Shown: piece after piece, positions 1 to 12,801 of the stretch
Layout of the letters: every line of letters starts with the position of its first letter
Position numbering within the stretch: the stretch's first letter is position 1
Source: Hemiscyllium ocellatum
Lineage: Eukaryota
Direction of reading: 5' to 3'
Length of the DNA stretch: 64,000 nt
Assembly: GCF_020745735.1 (NCBI RefSeq)
Contig: NC_083409.1
Location: 13,453,259-13,517,258 of the forward strand
Translations under genes and position numbers: made by a program
Notes under the pieces: generated by a model
Told to the model about the DNA's origin: nothing
The model's input: the letters and a program-made list of their open reading frames with translations, nothing else
Databases searched by the model: none

Positions 1-109
1 TCATCCCTATCTAATTATTTATTAAATCTGCTAAACCTGAATCAAACCTTGCTGAAACACACTTGGATACTGTGTGCAGGCTGATCATCATACTATAAAT
101 AGAAAAAGG

Positions 110-540
110 AGAAACTGAAGTGGGTACACAGACAAGATTGACAAGGTTGGTCACAGGAATGTGGGGTTCACATCTCAGGAAAGGGTTGACAGGCTATGTC
201 TCTTTTCTCTGAAAGAAGGACAAACAGGACATAATAGAGGTCTTAAAAATGTTGACAGGGTTCAGCAGACTGGATACAGACAGATGTTTCCATTCACAGG
301 AAGAGCTACCTTGAGGTCACAAAGTAGTCACCAAGAAATCCATCAGGGAGATATGGAAGATCTGCAGAATTGGATTACACCAATGAAGACTGAACAGGGA
401 GCAGTTGAATCAAATATGATACGGGTGTTTAAGGGGAGATAGACAAGATTAGAGGAGAAAGAATAGAGGGTCAGGGTAATAGATGAGCAAGGGTGACAGG
501 ATTCTCAAGTGGAGCAGTAACACTGATGTGAAGTGTTTGG
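110..540 (+). mobile_element. CR1 LINE 3' fragment, old
   Basis: Decayed ERVDRLCLFSL..GL..VDRV C-terminal CR1 peptide. Confidence 0.6.
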
Positions 541-544
541 AACA

Positions 545-876
545 AATCATAGAATCCCTCAGTGTGGAAACAGGCCATTCAGCCCATTGAGTCCATAATA
601 ACCCCTCGCACAGCAACCCACCCAAACTCACTCCCCTAAGCTATGAATGTAACTTTGCATTTCCCATGGCTAATTCACCTCGCCTGCATATCGCTCGGCA
701 TATGGGCAATTTAGCATGGCCAATCCACCTAACCTGCATATTTGTGGACAGCGGGAGGAAACCCATGCAGACATTGGAGAATGTGCAAACTCCACACAGT
801 CACCTGAAGGTAGAATCGAACCCGGTTCCTGGCACTGTGAGGCAGCAGTGCTCGCCATTGAGCCATGGTGCTGCCC
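545..876 (-). mobile_element. HE1/V-type tRNA-derived SINE
   Basis: A/B boxes on the minus strand, V-domain (gtgtggagtttgcacattctcc) and CR1-like tail. Confidence 0.85.
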
Positions 877-1432
877 TAATAAGACCTGTTTATATCCTCT
901 GTAGTGTACACAATTGTCTTCATAGGATAAAAAAGCTAACACAACACAAGTGTCAAGCTGATAATTCCACCAGAAAAACAATTCCTGCAACATTTGCATG
1001 TACCTCCAGTTTCCTAACACACTCCACTGAAAGGCAAAGCAAGCTTTGCACGAGTGAAAATCTTCACAGTGCAATCCCATTCTGAGACTGTTACTCCAGG
1101 GCAATGGGTGTGAATAAAAAAGATTAGGGTAAGAAAAAAGCTCCCCTACTTGGAGAGCAGTAGCAGTGAGGCCATATTGATGTTTTGCTGCCCCACTCGC
1201 AGGGTCAAACATGACAACACCTCAGGTGGGATCATTAGAAACACCATTTGCAGCAAACACACTGCCTTTGAAAAGCACAGTGAAATGGACTTCTTATATT
1301 TATCTCTGCTCAGAGCCACTCGGTCTCTCTCTTTCTCATCCTCTCCATAACATCACCAGCTGACAAATGAGCTGGTTGGCTTGCCAGTCTTTTACAGCAA
1401 TATGCCTTATAAGAAGCCATAAGAGATATTAC

Positions 1433-1620
1433 TTTTCATCCACATGACTGCGCATCTTCTGTTTTTGCATGATGTTGCTGGTCTCGCTGCCTGAAGTCGA
1501 AACAGAGGAGGGACTCCACGTCTCCGTATCTGTTTCCAGGAGAGTGGAAGTGGGGCTCACTTTGGAAACATTCTGCACTTCTGGTTGTTCTGCATTCCGC
1601 TGCTCCTGTCGAGTTGGAAC
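1433..1620 (-). CDS. CEP350: CEP350-like exon (..ETWSPSSVSTSGSETSNIMQKQKMRSHVDEK)
   Basis: tctcag|GTT acceptor and GAAAA|gtaata donor; 188 bp; lies downstream of the frameshift. Confidence 0.9.
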
Positions 1621-2458
1621 CTGAGAATATACCAAGATGGGCGCATGGAAAGTTACGTTTGCTCCTAAATGGAAACAGCTCCAGAATTAGTGAAACACAG
1701 ATGAGATTCAAAGACAGGTTTCTGCAACTAAGCAACATCATTTCCTTTCAGGAGGCAGAGTGTTTCATTAGTTTTGAATTAATTGAGCTTTGAATTAATT
1801 GAATATTTTAAAAGAGTTTGATTTTTTTTATTTGTTGGGAATGTTTATTCAGGGAAACAGATTAAGGAGGGAGATGTAGATCAATTATAATAGAAGCAAG
1901 TGCAAACAGATGAGTGGCTCAACAACCTAGTCCCATTCCTATGCACATGATCAAGTGCAAAAATGTTTTGACCCCTTTGTAGGATATGCTGATAACAGGT
2001 CGGAGCCAGATTGCAGGGAGGGAAAGAACAGAAGCACAGATACATTGCGCTGAAAGCTCCATTTCTTGTGCTGTCACTTCTACGAATGCAGAACAAAACA
2101 CGACATCAATGAATACAAAGGATGGTATTCTCGGCGGCAGCAGGTATTCCTGGTATTTTAGGTTGCAGAGTTTTGGTCTCTACATAAGGAACATGTGAAC
2201 ATGTTATCAACTTAATAAAGGTACCGAGGCTTAAGTTGATGTTTCTCAGTGGCAGACAAACCATTCTTACATCTTTTCTGTAAAATATTAGAAGTTTTAT
2301 TTATATTGTAATGATAATATAGACTAGAAACCTGGCTGATAGCAAGTTTGGATTGAAATTGACCACCCATCATTCATGCTGCAGAGTAAGTAATTCCTTA
2401 CTTTAATAGTAACCTTGAATTGATCAGTTCAGGTGTTTGTAAATGGTGGGATACTAAC

Positions 2459-2604
2459 CAACTTGCTCTCCCCAACTGATTTGAGCCTCTCCTGAATTTC
2501 CATGGTGGACTGGAGCATGTGTTGAATCTCCTCCTGCTGTTTCAGGATCAGCTGCCTCTCCTGTGAGCAGCCTTGTTGGCTTTTTGAAGATGCCTGATTT
2601 CAGC
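2459..2604 (-). pseudogene. CEP350: CEP350-like exon with 1-bp deletion (AEIRHLQKANKAAH/ERQLILKQQEEI)
   Basis: 146 bp where the phase-0 flanks require a multiple of 3 (147); CAC-AG-GAG lacks one base, giving TGA at 2548-2550. Confidence 0.9.
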
Positions 2605-3660
2605 CTGTGGTGAAATTGTATACAATGTATTACCATGTTAGAGACCAACCAAACCCGTCTTTACATCGTCAATAAATTTATTTTGACGACAAACTACAGA
2701 CAAAAATGAAGTCAGGGCACGCAACTCCATAACCCATTAAGTTCTAAGTTGCACAGTTTCCAGGTGGCACTGTGCAACTTTTACAACTTATAATGCTTGT
2801 TCTTGATGAAAACTTTGTGGGTTTTTTCGACAAAATGTATTGTCAACACGAACTCAAACAGTCAAGTACTCCAGGTGGAAAATTATCATGAAAGAGTTAC
2901 TCACGTTCTTTTTCAACAGCTGATGCCTAACTTTGAGTGAGCATTTCTGATTTTATTTCAGGAGGTTGCTTCCTGGCCTGTGGTGAGTTAACCTGAGTTC
3001 TCAAACCTGAAAAACTGTCCTCAGCTGCCAAGTACTTTGCAGAAGAGAAAGATGATGAATAGGCAGATTTCCACTCACGAGAATTGCGTATTAGCTCTTG
3101 CTGCTGGGCAAGTTGGAAAGTGTGCCTGGGTTGAGTGAGTGCAGAATCTGACAAATCTGTAGTGAGTCCAACAGCAAATAACGTAACATTCCAAGTCTGT
3201 GTGATACTGCCTGACACTGCGTGATTGGCAACACCTCTGCCAACAAAAATCAGCAACTATATTTTTCTCATTTTTGGTTTGGAACTGTGAGCTGAAGTTG
3301 AGAATTGAACTTTGAAAAGCAACTTGTTTTCAAACAAAAAAAGGGGAGAACAAAGATAGATGCCTGCTGGCCTGGAGAGACAATGCAGATTAATTACTGG
3401 CCGAAGAACACTTCAGATGTTTCAGCCCCAGGGTGCTGCCGTGCACATTGCCAGTAGAAAAACTGCATTCAGAAACACCATGGCATGGAAATCTGTCCCT
3501 AGGCCGAGCATATACATTACACTCAGTAGCATTTGTTATTGGCATTTCAAGGAAAACCTGGATCACCGTTAATAAAAGGTTTGAAATCAAATCGGAACCT
3601 TGGGGAAACATGCTCATTCATGAAGTATGAACATTTTCCCTGGCATTCAGTGGGTCATAC

Positions 3661-3748
3661 CTGCTCCTGCTGCAGCCTGAGCAGAAGCCCACGCTGCCTC
3701 CTACGGATGGATGGCATCTTGTCATCTTCTCCATTGTCTTGAAGGCAT
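3661..3748 (-). CDS. CEP350: CEP350-like exon (CLQDNGEDDKMPSIRRRQRGLLLRLQQEQ)
   Basis: aaccag|AT acceptor and CAG|gtatga donor; 88 bp, phase 2 to 0. Confidence 0.93.
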
Positions 3749-3774
3749 CTGGTTAGAGGACATGGCAAAGTCAC

Positions 3775-5740
3775 ATGAACATAGAACAAAGAGCATTACA
3801 GCACACTACAGGCACTTTGGCCATCAATGTTGCACTGACCTGTAGAACCAATTTGAAGCCCATCTATCCTCCACTATTCCATTTTCATCCATATGTTTAT
3901 CCAATGAGCATGTAAATGCCCTTAAAGTTGATGAGTCCACTACTGTTTCAGGCAGTGTGTTCCACACCACTACCACTCTGACTAAAGAAATTACCTCTGA
4001 CATCTGTACATCCTCCTGCAATTTAAAGCTATGTCCCCTTGTGCTAGCCATCACCATCTGGGAAAAAAGGCTCTCTCTGTCCACCCTATCTAACCCTCTG
4101 ATTATCTTATATGTCACAATTAAATCACCTCTCAATCTTTTCTCTCTAATGAAAACAGCCGTAAGTCCCTCAGCCATTCCTCATAAGACCTTCCCTCCAT
4201 ACCAGGTAACATCCTTGTAAATCTCCTCTGAACCCTTTCTGAAGCTTCCACATCCTTTCTATAATGCAGTGACTAGAACTGTACACAGTACTCCAAGTAT
4301 AGCCACACCAGAGTTTTGTACAGCTGCAACATGTCCTTGTGGCTCTGAAACTCAATCCCTCTACCAATAAAAGCTAATACACCGTATGCCTTCGGAACAA
4401 CCCTATCAAGCTGGGTGGCAACTTTCAAGGACCTATACATGGACACCGAGACCTCTCTGCTCATCTACACTACCAAGAATCTTACCATTAGCCCAGTATT
4501 CCTTATTCCTGTTGCTCCTTCCTAACTGAATCACCTCATACTTTTCTGCATTAAACTCCATTTGCCACTTCTCAGCTCAGCTCTGCAGCTTATCTATATC
4601 CTTCGGTAACCTGCAACACCCTTCAGCATTATACACAACTCCACTGACCTTCTTGTCATCTGCAAATTTACTCACCCATCATTCTATGCCCTCATCTGAG
4701 TCAAAAATGACAAACAGCAGTGCACCCAAAATAGATCCTTGCATTACATCACCCGTTATTGAACTCCAGGATGAACATTTCTCATTAGCTACTACACTCT
4801 GTCTTCTTTCAGCGAGCCAATTTCTGATCCAAACAGTTAAATCACCCTCACTCCCATGCCTCTGTATTTTGTGCAATAGCCTACAGTGGGAAATTTATCA
4901 AATGCCTTACTGAAATCCATATACACCACATCAACTGCTTTACCCTCATCCATCTGTTTGGTCACTTTCTCAAAAGAACTCAATAGGGTTTGTGAGACAC
5001 GACCTACTCTTCACAAAAATGAGTTGACTATCCCTAATCTACATATTCCCTTCTTGATGATTATAAATCCTACCTCTTATAACCTTTTCCAACATCTTAC
5101 CCAGAACCGAATGAGGCTCACTCGTCTATAATAACAGGGTTGTTTTTACTCCCCTTCTCAAACAAGGGGACAACATTTGTTATCCTCCAGTCTTCTAGCA
5201 CTGCTCCTGTAGACAACGACGACATATAGATCAAAGGTCAAGGTTTTGCAATCTCCTCCCTGGCTTCTCAGAAAATCCTCGGATTAATCCCATCTGGCCC
5301 AGGGGACTTATCTATTTTCACACTTCCTCGAATTGCTAACTCCTCCTCGTCAACCTCAATCCCATCTAGTCTAATAGCCTGCATCGCAGTATTCTCCTTG
5401 ACAACACTGTCTTTTTCCAGTGTAAAAATGAACAAAAAATATTCTTTAAGTGCTTCCCCATCTCCACGGACTCCATGCCCAACATCCCACAACTATCCTT
5501 GATTGGCCCTAATCTTTCTCATCATTCTTTTCTTCCTTATATATTTATAGAAAACTTGATGGTTTTCCTTGATCCTATCTGCCAGTGATTTCTCATGTCC
5601 CTTCTTAGCTCTCTCTTTTGGTCTTTCCTGGCTAACCCGTAACTCTCTGAGCTTTACATCTCATCCTAACATAAGTTTTCTTCATCCTCTTGACAAGAGA
5701 TTCAACTTCTTTAGGAAGCCATAGTTCCCTACACATGGTA
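3775..5740 (-). mobile_element. CR1 LINE 3' half, decayed
   Basis: KSPGPDG, QGSILG and LEYCVQF fragments in the ORF track; typical 3' tail. Confidence 0.9.
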
Positions 5741-7215
5741 TAATGATGCTCAAATTTACAGACAAACTTGGATAAATCTGCCCAAATAGATCTCACAGTG
5801 TCACCACTGCTGAATTAGCAACTAAACCAGAAAGAGAATGATCAGGGTTTAAGATTTTGTTTAGCAGCAAAGTCTTCTTAATATTTTATAACTGTAATGC
5901 CCCTCCATTCTTGTCATACTCAATTTGAAGAAATTTTATTTCAACAAGACAGTGTTTATGCTCACAAAATTAAAAAGGATATTTTGAAAGAAAATCTGGA
6001 AATAAAAGGTTGGTGTCAGTAAAAGTGTCCACAAAGATGTTGAGCAGCCGGAAAAACCCAAATAATTCACGGACGGACTTTGAAGGAAATCTTTTGCCCA
6101 CAACTAGTATGGCATACGTGACTACAGTATTACGGCAGCATGGATGCATGCATACCATACTGACCAAGCATTGACCATCTCTTGCAATCGTTTTGATATG
6201 AAGTGGTATTATCATCACTGCTTCCCTCACAATTATCACATTAGAGTTACTCTCGACCTGAAACTAAAATGGATCAGCTATACCATACTAGGTCAACAAA
6301 AGCAGGTCGGAAGCTGAAAATTCTTCACTAAGTAACTTACTTTCTGTCTCCCCAGTACATGCCCAAGATGCAGAACACCAAATAGGATGTAGCAACCTGC
6401 TACAGTGAGAGCTTTGTGCACTATATGATGCACTGCAGAAACTCACTCAATTCCTTCAATAGCATCTTCAAAGCCTGAGACCTCTACCATCTAAAAGGAC
6501 ACAGATAGTAGATAACATGGTAACACCATTACTTGTAAGCTCCTCTGCAAGCCACACATCGTCCTGACTTAGGAATACATCATTCCTTCACTGCTTTAGG
6601 ATCAAAATCCCAGGTACTCCTTTCCTGTCAGCATTGTGGTTGTACCTGTAGCGGGTGAACTGCAGATGTTTGAGGAAATGACTCACTATCACCTTCCCAA
6701 GTGCAATGAAGGATGGACAACAATACTGGCCTTACCAGCAGCGAAGAAGTCTATTGAAATTATTTGTTTAAAATCCTGACCCGTGGGTGAGGACAACAGC
6801 CTTGCAACAATCTATTCCAGAGCCTTGAACTCCAAACCTAACAGCACTTGCGAGTTGATACGTTTATATTGACTAAGCAGACTGCAGTGGCTCAAGGCAG
6901 CTCAACACCATGACCATTTCGAGAATGAGGGCGAGTAAATAAATACTAGCATTACCGCAACATCCCAAGTTCAAAGAACAAACTTAAAAATTTGAAAAAA
7001 AAATCAAAATTGGCTTCATTCTACTCAATCCAAACAGTGATAAGGGGAAAGATGACGTGAATACCTAGCTTCTGCACAACAGCCTCACTGCAATGAGAAT
7101 AGACACTAGCTTTCCCCCTTCTCCGGAAAGGATTACTGGAAGGATCTGCACATTCTTACATTGCATTTTTGAAAGGCTATACAGCTTACCATCACTGCAT
7201 AGGTCAGCTACTCAC

Positions 7216-7403
7216 TTTTTCTGGTGTTCCAACCAAGCCAGCTCTGCTTTGGTCTTTTCCTTCATGGCTTGTTCTCTCAGTTTGAGGAGGGACACCCGGT
7301 GCTGTGCACGCATCTCCTCCTCCTCCACGTATTGTCGCACCATCTCCATGGTGAATTTATAGAAACTGTCTTGACCTCCCGAGAAGGACATGCTGAAATC
7401 ATG
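7216..7403 (-). CDS. CEP350: CEP350-like exon (FSGGQDSFYKFTMEMVRQY...AELAWLEHQK)
   Basis: gtccag|CAT acceptor and AAAA|gtgagt donor; 188 bp; the most conserved CEP350 block. Confidence 0.95.
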
Positions 7404-8210
7404 CTGGACAGTGAAAGACAGGAGGACAAACAGTACAGAGTGAGGTGATCTGCTTCCCCTGACCCAAGCAAAACTTGTCCTGTAATCCACAAAACCTCAG
7501 GACTGGGTGCAGACGACGACAACAACAATTAAAAGTAGTTGGAGCATCATCAGATATGCCAATCATGCTGCATCACAAGTGATCCCATCAAACTATCCCA
7601 ATATTTATCAGGATGAGTAAATGCTGACTGTTTCATTTCATCATCTGTGAAACACATTAAGACTTGCAAAGTCCCTCATACTGATAATTTTCTGGTCAGG
7701 ACTCCAGTTACTAATTTGCTGCCAGGTTCTGATAAATAACCAAAAACAGAATAGGAGTTGCACATCCAGAGAATAAGAGTGTCATGGTTACATCAACATC
7801 ACAACAGGAGGAGGCTATTTAGCTTCTTGAGCCTATTCCACCATTCCCCCAAATCATGGTAATCTTCAACATCATGACAAATCCCTGTCCTTGTCCCATA
7901 ATCCTTCAGCATTTTGGTTAAAAATCTACCAATCTCAGATTTAAAATTTGTGACTGATTTCAAATCAATCACTGTTTGTGGAAGGGAGTTTCAAACTTCA
8001 TCCATTTCTGTGTGTAAAAGTGTTCCACAATAGCACACCTCAATGTTCTGACTCTAACATGTTATCTATTTAATCTCTCTTCTTAAATTAAGCCTCGGAG
8101 CCCAAGTATCACTTCAGTAAGTCTACATTGCACTTCCACTAAGAGTGATACTCTTCTTAAGCCATGGTGCCCAGCCCTGACAGATTGGTCTGACTCGGTT
8201 ATGAATTGCT

Positions 8211-8402
8211 GAAGAGGAGAAAGTGAGGTCTGCAGATGCTGGAGATCAGAGCTGAAAATGTGTTGCTGGAAAAGCGCAGCAGGTCAGGCAGCATCCAAGG
8301 AACAGGAAATTCTGATGAAGGGCTTATGCCCGAAACGTCGAATTTCCTGTTCCTTGCACGCTGCCTGACCTGCTGCGCTTTTCCAGCAACACATTTTCAG
8401 CT
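8211..8402. mobile_element. Head-to-head PLE terminal-repeat remnant
   Basis: 63-bp inverted arms at 8250-8312 and 8340-8402 (2 mismatches) around ctgatga-gggcttatgccc-gaaacgtc. Confidence 0.85.
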
Positions 8403-9321
8403 TTGAATTGCTGAAGCATGACTTCTAATCCTTTGCTTTTGCAACTTCTTTGGATATAAATGTCAACATTCCACTGATCCTTGTTCACTGTTTTGAGCCT
8501 GTTTGTGACATTTTCATGAACTACATACAGCTGGATCAGCCCCATCAAGTTTCTTTGAACTCCACTGTCTCTCGATTTTCATAATCAAGAAATATCCTAT
8601 CTTGATCCAACCTCTCACTTGCTGACACAAACTCATCTGTAGATTTTTCATTTACTTCATCTATCAAGATTGTTTTCTTATTTTATGCTTTCATCTACCT
8701 ACACTCGAGATCGCTGCTAATCTGGAGAGAGGCCCCAAGTTTTGAATGTGGCTTTCCTTTCATCATGAATAGCGAATAGTTAGGGCACCGACATAGATCC
8801 ATGCAAGATATCACTAACCATATCCTTCCAATTAGAATATCTCTTATTATCTGCACAAATGTCTCTTGTTCAAATCAAATTCCTCTGCAAGCGCCACTTG
8901 TCTTTTGCATCTTATTACCACCTTTAATGGACAGTAGAAAGTTGTAAATTCAGGGACATTTTTAGCAGTCAAATTTAGCTTGTGTTTACCGGACGAGGTG
9001 AGCAAGGAATCCCAGTAAATATTAATCTTTGTCTTCACTGCATGGTAACTCGATCACAAAGATTAACAATGTAAAAGATTAATTCCTCTTCAATATTTAT
9101 AAACTCTGGGCACATTGTTAGTGAGTGGTAATTATCATTTGTAAAAAACAGCCCCTGCCCAACACTTCCCTTATACTCATTGACCCATCTGCTCCTCATC
9201 CTCTACATCTGAGTCTCATAGCAAGATACCTAGAACATGGAGAGGAGCAACTATGCCAAGCACTGAGATCCCACAAACTGGCACCATCACTCACCCTTGG
9301 CTAACCCATGGGAGAACTCAC

Positions 9322-9506
9322 TTTGACAGCTATTGAAGCCGATTGATCCTGCAGAATGTCCTCATCGGAATCATCCTGCTGCCTGTGTTTCTTCCCCATG
9401 TTAAAGCAGCAATGGCTCTTTGATGGCAGAAGGGGATAAAAGGATTGCTCTTCAATTTCATTCTCAGTCATTGACTCATCGAACTCAGTGGCAACAGAAG
9501 CAGAGT
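9322..9506 (-). CDS. CEP350: CEP350-like exon (DSASVATEFDESMTENEIEEQSF...DDSDE)
   Basis: ctccag|AC acceptor and AAA|gtgagt donor; 185 bp, phase 1 to 0. Confidence 0.92.
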
Positions 9507-9965
9507 CTGGAGAGACAATAAATGATTTATATTGTTCTTTGTTATTTTCCATTGTTCACTGAAAGATTTAGAACTTGAACATGAAGTTAAAGGCTGAGCT
9601 AGGATCCTTGGATTAGTTTTCTGCCCAAGGAGCAGAGTTGGGTTACAATTATTGATTCAACACAACTGTTATGTTGAATCACACATTGTTTAAGGGGACA
9701 TGTGGAAGTTTCCATCTGCACAACCACAGATCCAAGGGGAACACAAGGAAGTTGGATTGAATAGCTTGAGCACATGACTGAATAAAGGAATCTTGAAATA
9801 AATTGTTACTCAACTTGTTACTATTTGACCCACATATCCTTTGGGTATAGAAGGAGTGCTTACATGACAGTTGATTTGAATCATCTAATTGAAGAGACAC
9901 AAATCCCCATTTAAGTCATGAGATCAGTGAAAGGACAAAACACCATTTCTGGTTAAAGAACTCGC

Positions 9966-10126
9966 CTTTCTCACCAGGTAATGAAGGCAGACTGTCACTG
10001 TGGATCGAGTTGTCAGCTGTTGTTTGAACCACCTCTTCAATAGAGCTGTTTCCCTTTGTATGGTGGGAGGTTCTGCTTTTCTCCAAGAATGGTACGGATG
10101 GGCTGTCGTGTTTACTGCTGCCACTG
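9966..10126 (-). CDS. CEP350: CEP350-like exon (SGSSKHDSPSVP...SSIEEVVQTTADNSIHSDSLPSLPGEK)
   Basis: Clear peptide match; the donor is non-canonical (AAAG|gcgagt); the acceptor position ggcag|CAG is slightly uncertain; 161 bp. Confidence 0.85.
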
Positions 10127-10779
10127 CTGCCATAGAAATGTCACAGATCAACACACATGCACAGATTTAGAACGCAAAAAACAGAGTCTCGGTATTTGAG
10201 ATTTACATAGGCCTCCTTCTGTATCTCTCCACCGAAACCCATCAACATATTTTTTTTTTGATCACTTGTATTCCCAGCTTCTTCTTGAATTCATCTGTTG
10301 TTTGCTTCAATTATTCCTGGTGGTTTAATTTTGACCTCAAACCTCTTTCTGGGTAAAGACCTTCCCCACCAGCCCCCACCTCCTCCCCAGCAAATTCCCT
10401 GTTGGATGTAATAGTGACTACAATTGTATCCACAGCTCCAGTGGATAGTGTCATTCACAAGCAGAAATATCTTTTCTATGTCAACCCTATCAAACCCCGA
10501 CATAACTTTAATGGCCTCGACCATGATACTCTTTTTCAACAAGACAAGACTGTCCAATCTTGCTTGATGGATTCAAATTCAGTTTTGATATAATTCCAGT
10601 AAATATTTTTAATATATTCCCTACTGCCTCTACATCCATATTACAATGGATCAGAACTGTTTGCAGTGCTCCAAGGGTGATCTGTTCATGGTTCTACACA
10701 TATCTAACACATCTCCATTCTGTAGCCCCAGAAATAAACCCATGCTCAACTTTTCTTTGTAACCTGATGAACCGGTATC

Positions 10780-11430
10780 ATTTACTGCTAGTGACTCATT
10801 TTTATCACCAAATTCCTCACCATCAACATTCTGGGGGGTTACTATTGACTAGAAATTGAACTGGACTTGCCATCTGACTACTGTGGCTACAAGAGAAGGT
10901 CAGAGGCAATGAATCCTGCAAAAATAAACCACCTCCCGAATCCCTGAAGCCTGTCCACCATCTACAATCCTCAAGTCAGAAGTGCAATAGACTATTCGCC
11001 ACTTGGCTTGGTTTGGGTGCAGCTCCAAGAACACTCAAGAAGCTTGACGTCAGCTGGAAAAAGCAGACTGCATTCACTCCCTCCACCACTAATGCCCAGG
11101 GCAGCAGTGTGTACTATCAACAAGATACACTGCAGAAATTCATAACACTTCAATATGGATCTTACAAACCCATGACAGTACCATCTCGAAGTCAAGGGAA
11201 GCAGATTCATGGGAACACCGCCACCTACAGGTTCCCTTCCAAGCTACTACCATCTTGAGTTGTAAATCTTTCAGCTGTCCTTAAGTGTCATTGGGCCAAA
11301 ATTCTGGAACTCCCTCCCAACAGCACGACCAGTCGGCCTACATGGACTGCAGTGATTCAAAAAGGGAGCTCACAGCCACCTTCTCAAGGGCATTAGAATT
11401 AGACAATAAATGTTCGCACAGCCAGTGACA
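10780..11430 (+). mobile_element. Old L2/CR1-group LINE 3' fragment
   Basis: Same sequence family as 6400-6760, 35080-36630, 37200-37370 and 27430-27700 (minus); remnants of RT C-terminal coding. Confidence 0.55.
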
Positions 11431-11659
11431 TCCACATTCCATAAATTAATTCATTAATTAACGTTGACTCCTTCCTTCCACAGCACCCCCATCCATATAT
11501 CCCTGCGCTTCTCAAACACAAGGCCTTGAGTAGCATGTGGTAACCCACAAGGAGGCCGAAGCCACATTTAGGAATCTCTTGAGGCCCTGAGCCATGCTCA
11601 GCAAGGGGTGGTCCTGAATGAACAATAATCCCCAGCGATTCACTCACCGCAGGCAACAG

Positions 11660-11910
11660 TGAAACCATCAGTTGCCAACTTTTTCACAAAGAGGTTGAGT
11701 CGGACATAGAATGAACGGCCAGCGGAAGTGGGAGATGCAAGTACAGTTACAATATTCAAAAGGCATTTGGAGAGGGACACGAATAGGAAAGGTTGAGGAA
11801 TATGGGTCAAATGCAGGCTAATTGGACTAGTTTAGTTTGGGAAATTTGGTTGGCATGGACGAGTTGGACCGAAGGGTCCGTTTCCATGTCGTATGACTCT
11901 GATTCCATTC
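11660..11910 (+). mobile_element. CR1 3' tail fragment
   Basis: gttggaccgaagggtccgtttccatg..tatgactct matches the other CR1 tails in the window. Confidence 0.7.
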
Positions 11911-12261
11911 CTTTCAGCCACAGTGGCATTTTGCAATTTCCCCAACGTATGGTGTAATTGAACAAGTCAATGGAGGTTTTTGGCACCAGGACCACAGTAC
12001 TCTGTTGGGAAGGTGTTGAGTCGGAGTTGCAATTTAGTGGGCATTTAATAAACAAAATACAGAAGAAATATATAAGGAAATTACTGCAGATGATGGAATC
12101 TGTACTGAAAACAACAAATGCTGGAGCTCACAGCAGATGAGGCAGCATCCATGGAGACTGAGCAAGCTAACATTGAGTCGAGATGACTCTATCAGAGCTC
12201 TGATGAGGAGTCATCTCGACTCCAAATGTGAGCTTGCTCTCTCCATGGATTTTTAAAAATA

Positions 12262-12575
12262 ATATGTTTATGGGATGAGGGTGTCACTGACTAGGCAGCA
12301 TTTATTGCCCATCCCTAACTGCCCACAGGGCAGTTCAGAGTCAACCTCATTGCTGTGTGTCTGGAGTAGGCCAAACTAGGCAAGGATGGTAGTTTCCTAC
12401 CTAAATGATTTTAGTGAACCAGATGGGTTTTTCCCAACAATCGACCAAGGATTCATAGTCATTTGATTCTTAATTCCAGATATTTATTGAATTCAAATCG
12501 GACCCAGTTCTCCGGGATGTTATCTGGATCTCTGGATTAACAGTCCAGCAATAATACCACTGGGCCATCACCTCC
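12262..12575 (-). mobile_element. Deu-domain (SacSINE-like) SINE
   Basis: tRNA-like head ggggaggtgatggcccagtgg and core gaaaaacccatctggttcactaa. Confidence 0.75.
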
Positions 12576-12678
12576 CCACTGTGATCTCCAGTATTTGTTG
12601 TTTTCAGTACTCAAGAGATATGTTTTGGATTAATATTGTACTATGTAAAAGCATCCACAGCGAACATAAATAGCCCAC

Positions 12679-12801
12679 CTCCGATCATGATATTTGAGTC
12701 TGGATGACTCAGTCAGACTGTCTAATAAAGTGGAGTTACGCATTTTAGTGTCTGGCAGTTTCTCTGCAGATCCACCTGGTGTTGGGCTGCACTCGTTCTT
12801 T
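12679..12801 (-). CDS. CEP350: CEP350-like exon (..DSLTESSRLKYHDR)
   Basis: tcgtag|AA acceptor and GGAG|gtgggc donor; 123 bp, phase 2 to 2. Confidence 0.8.
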
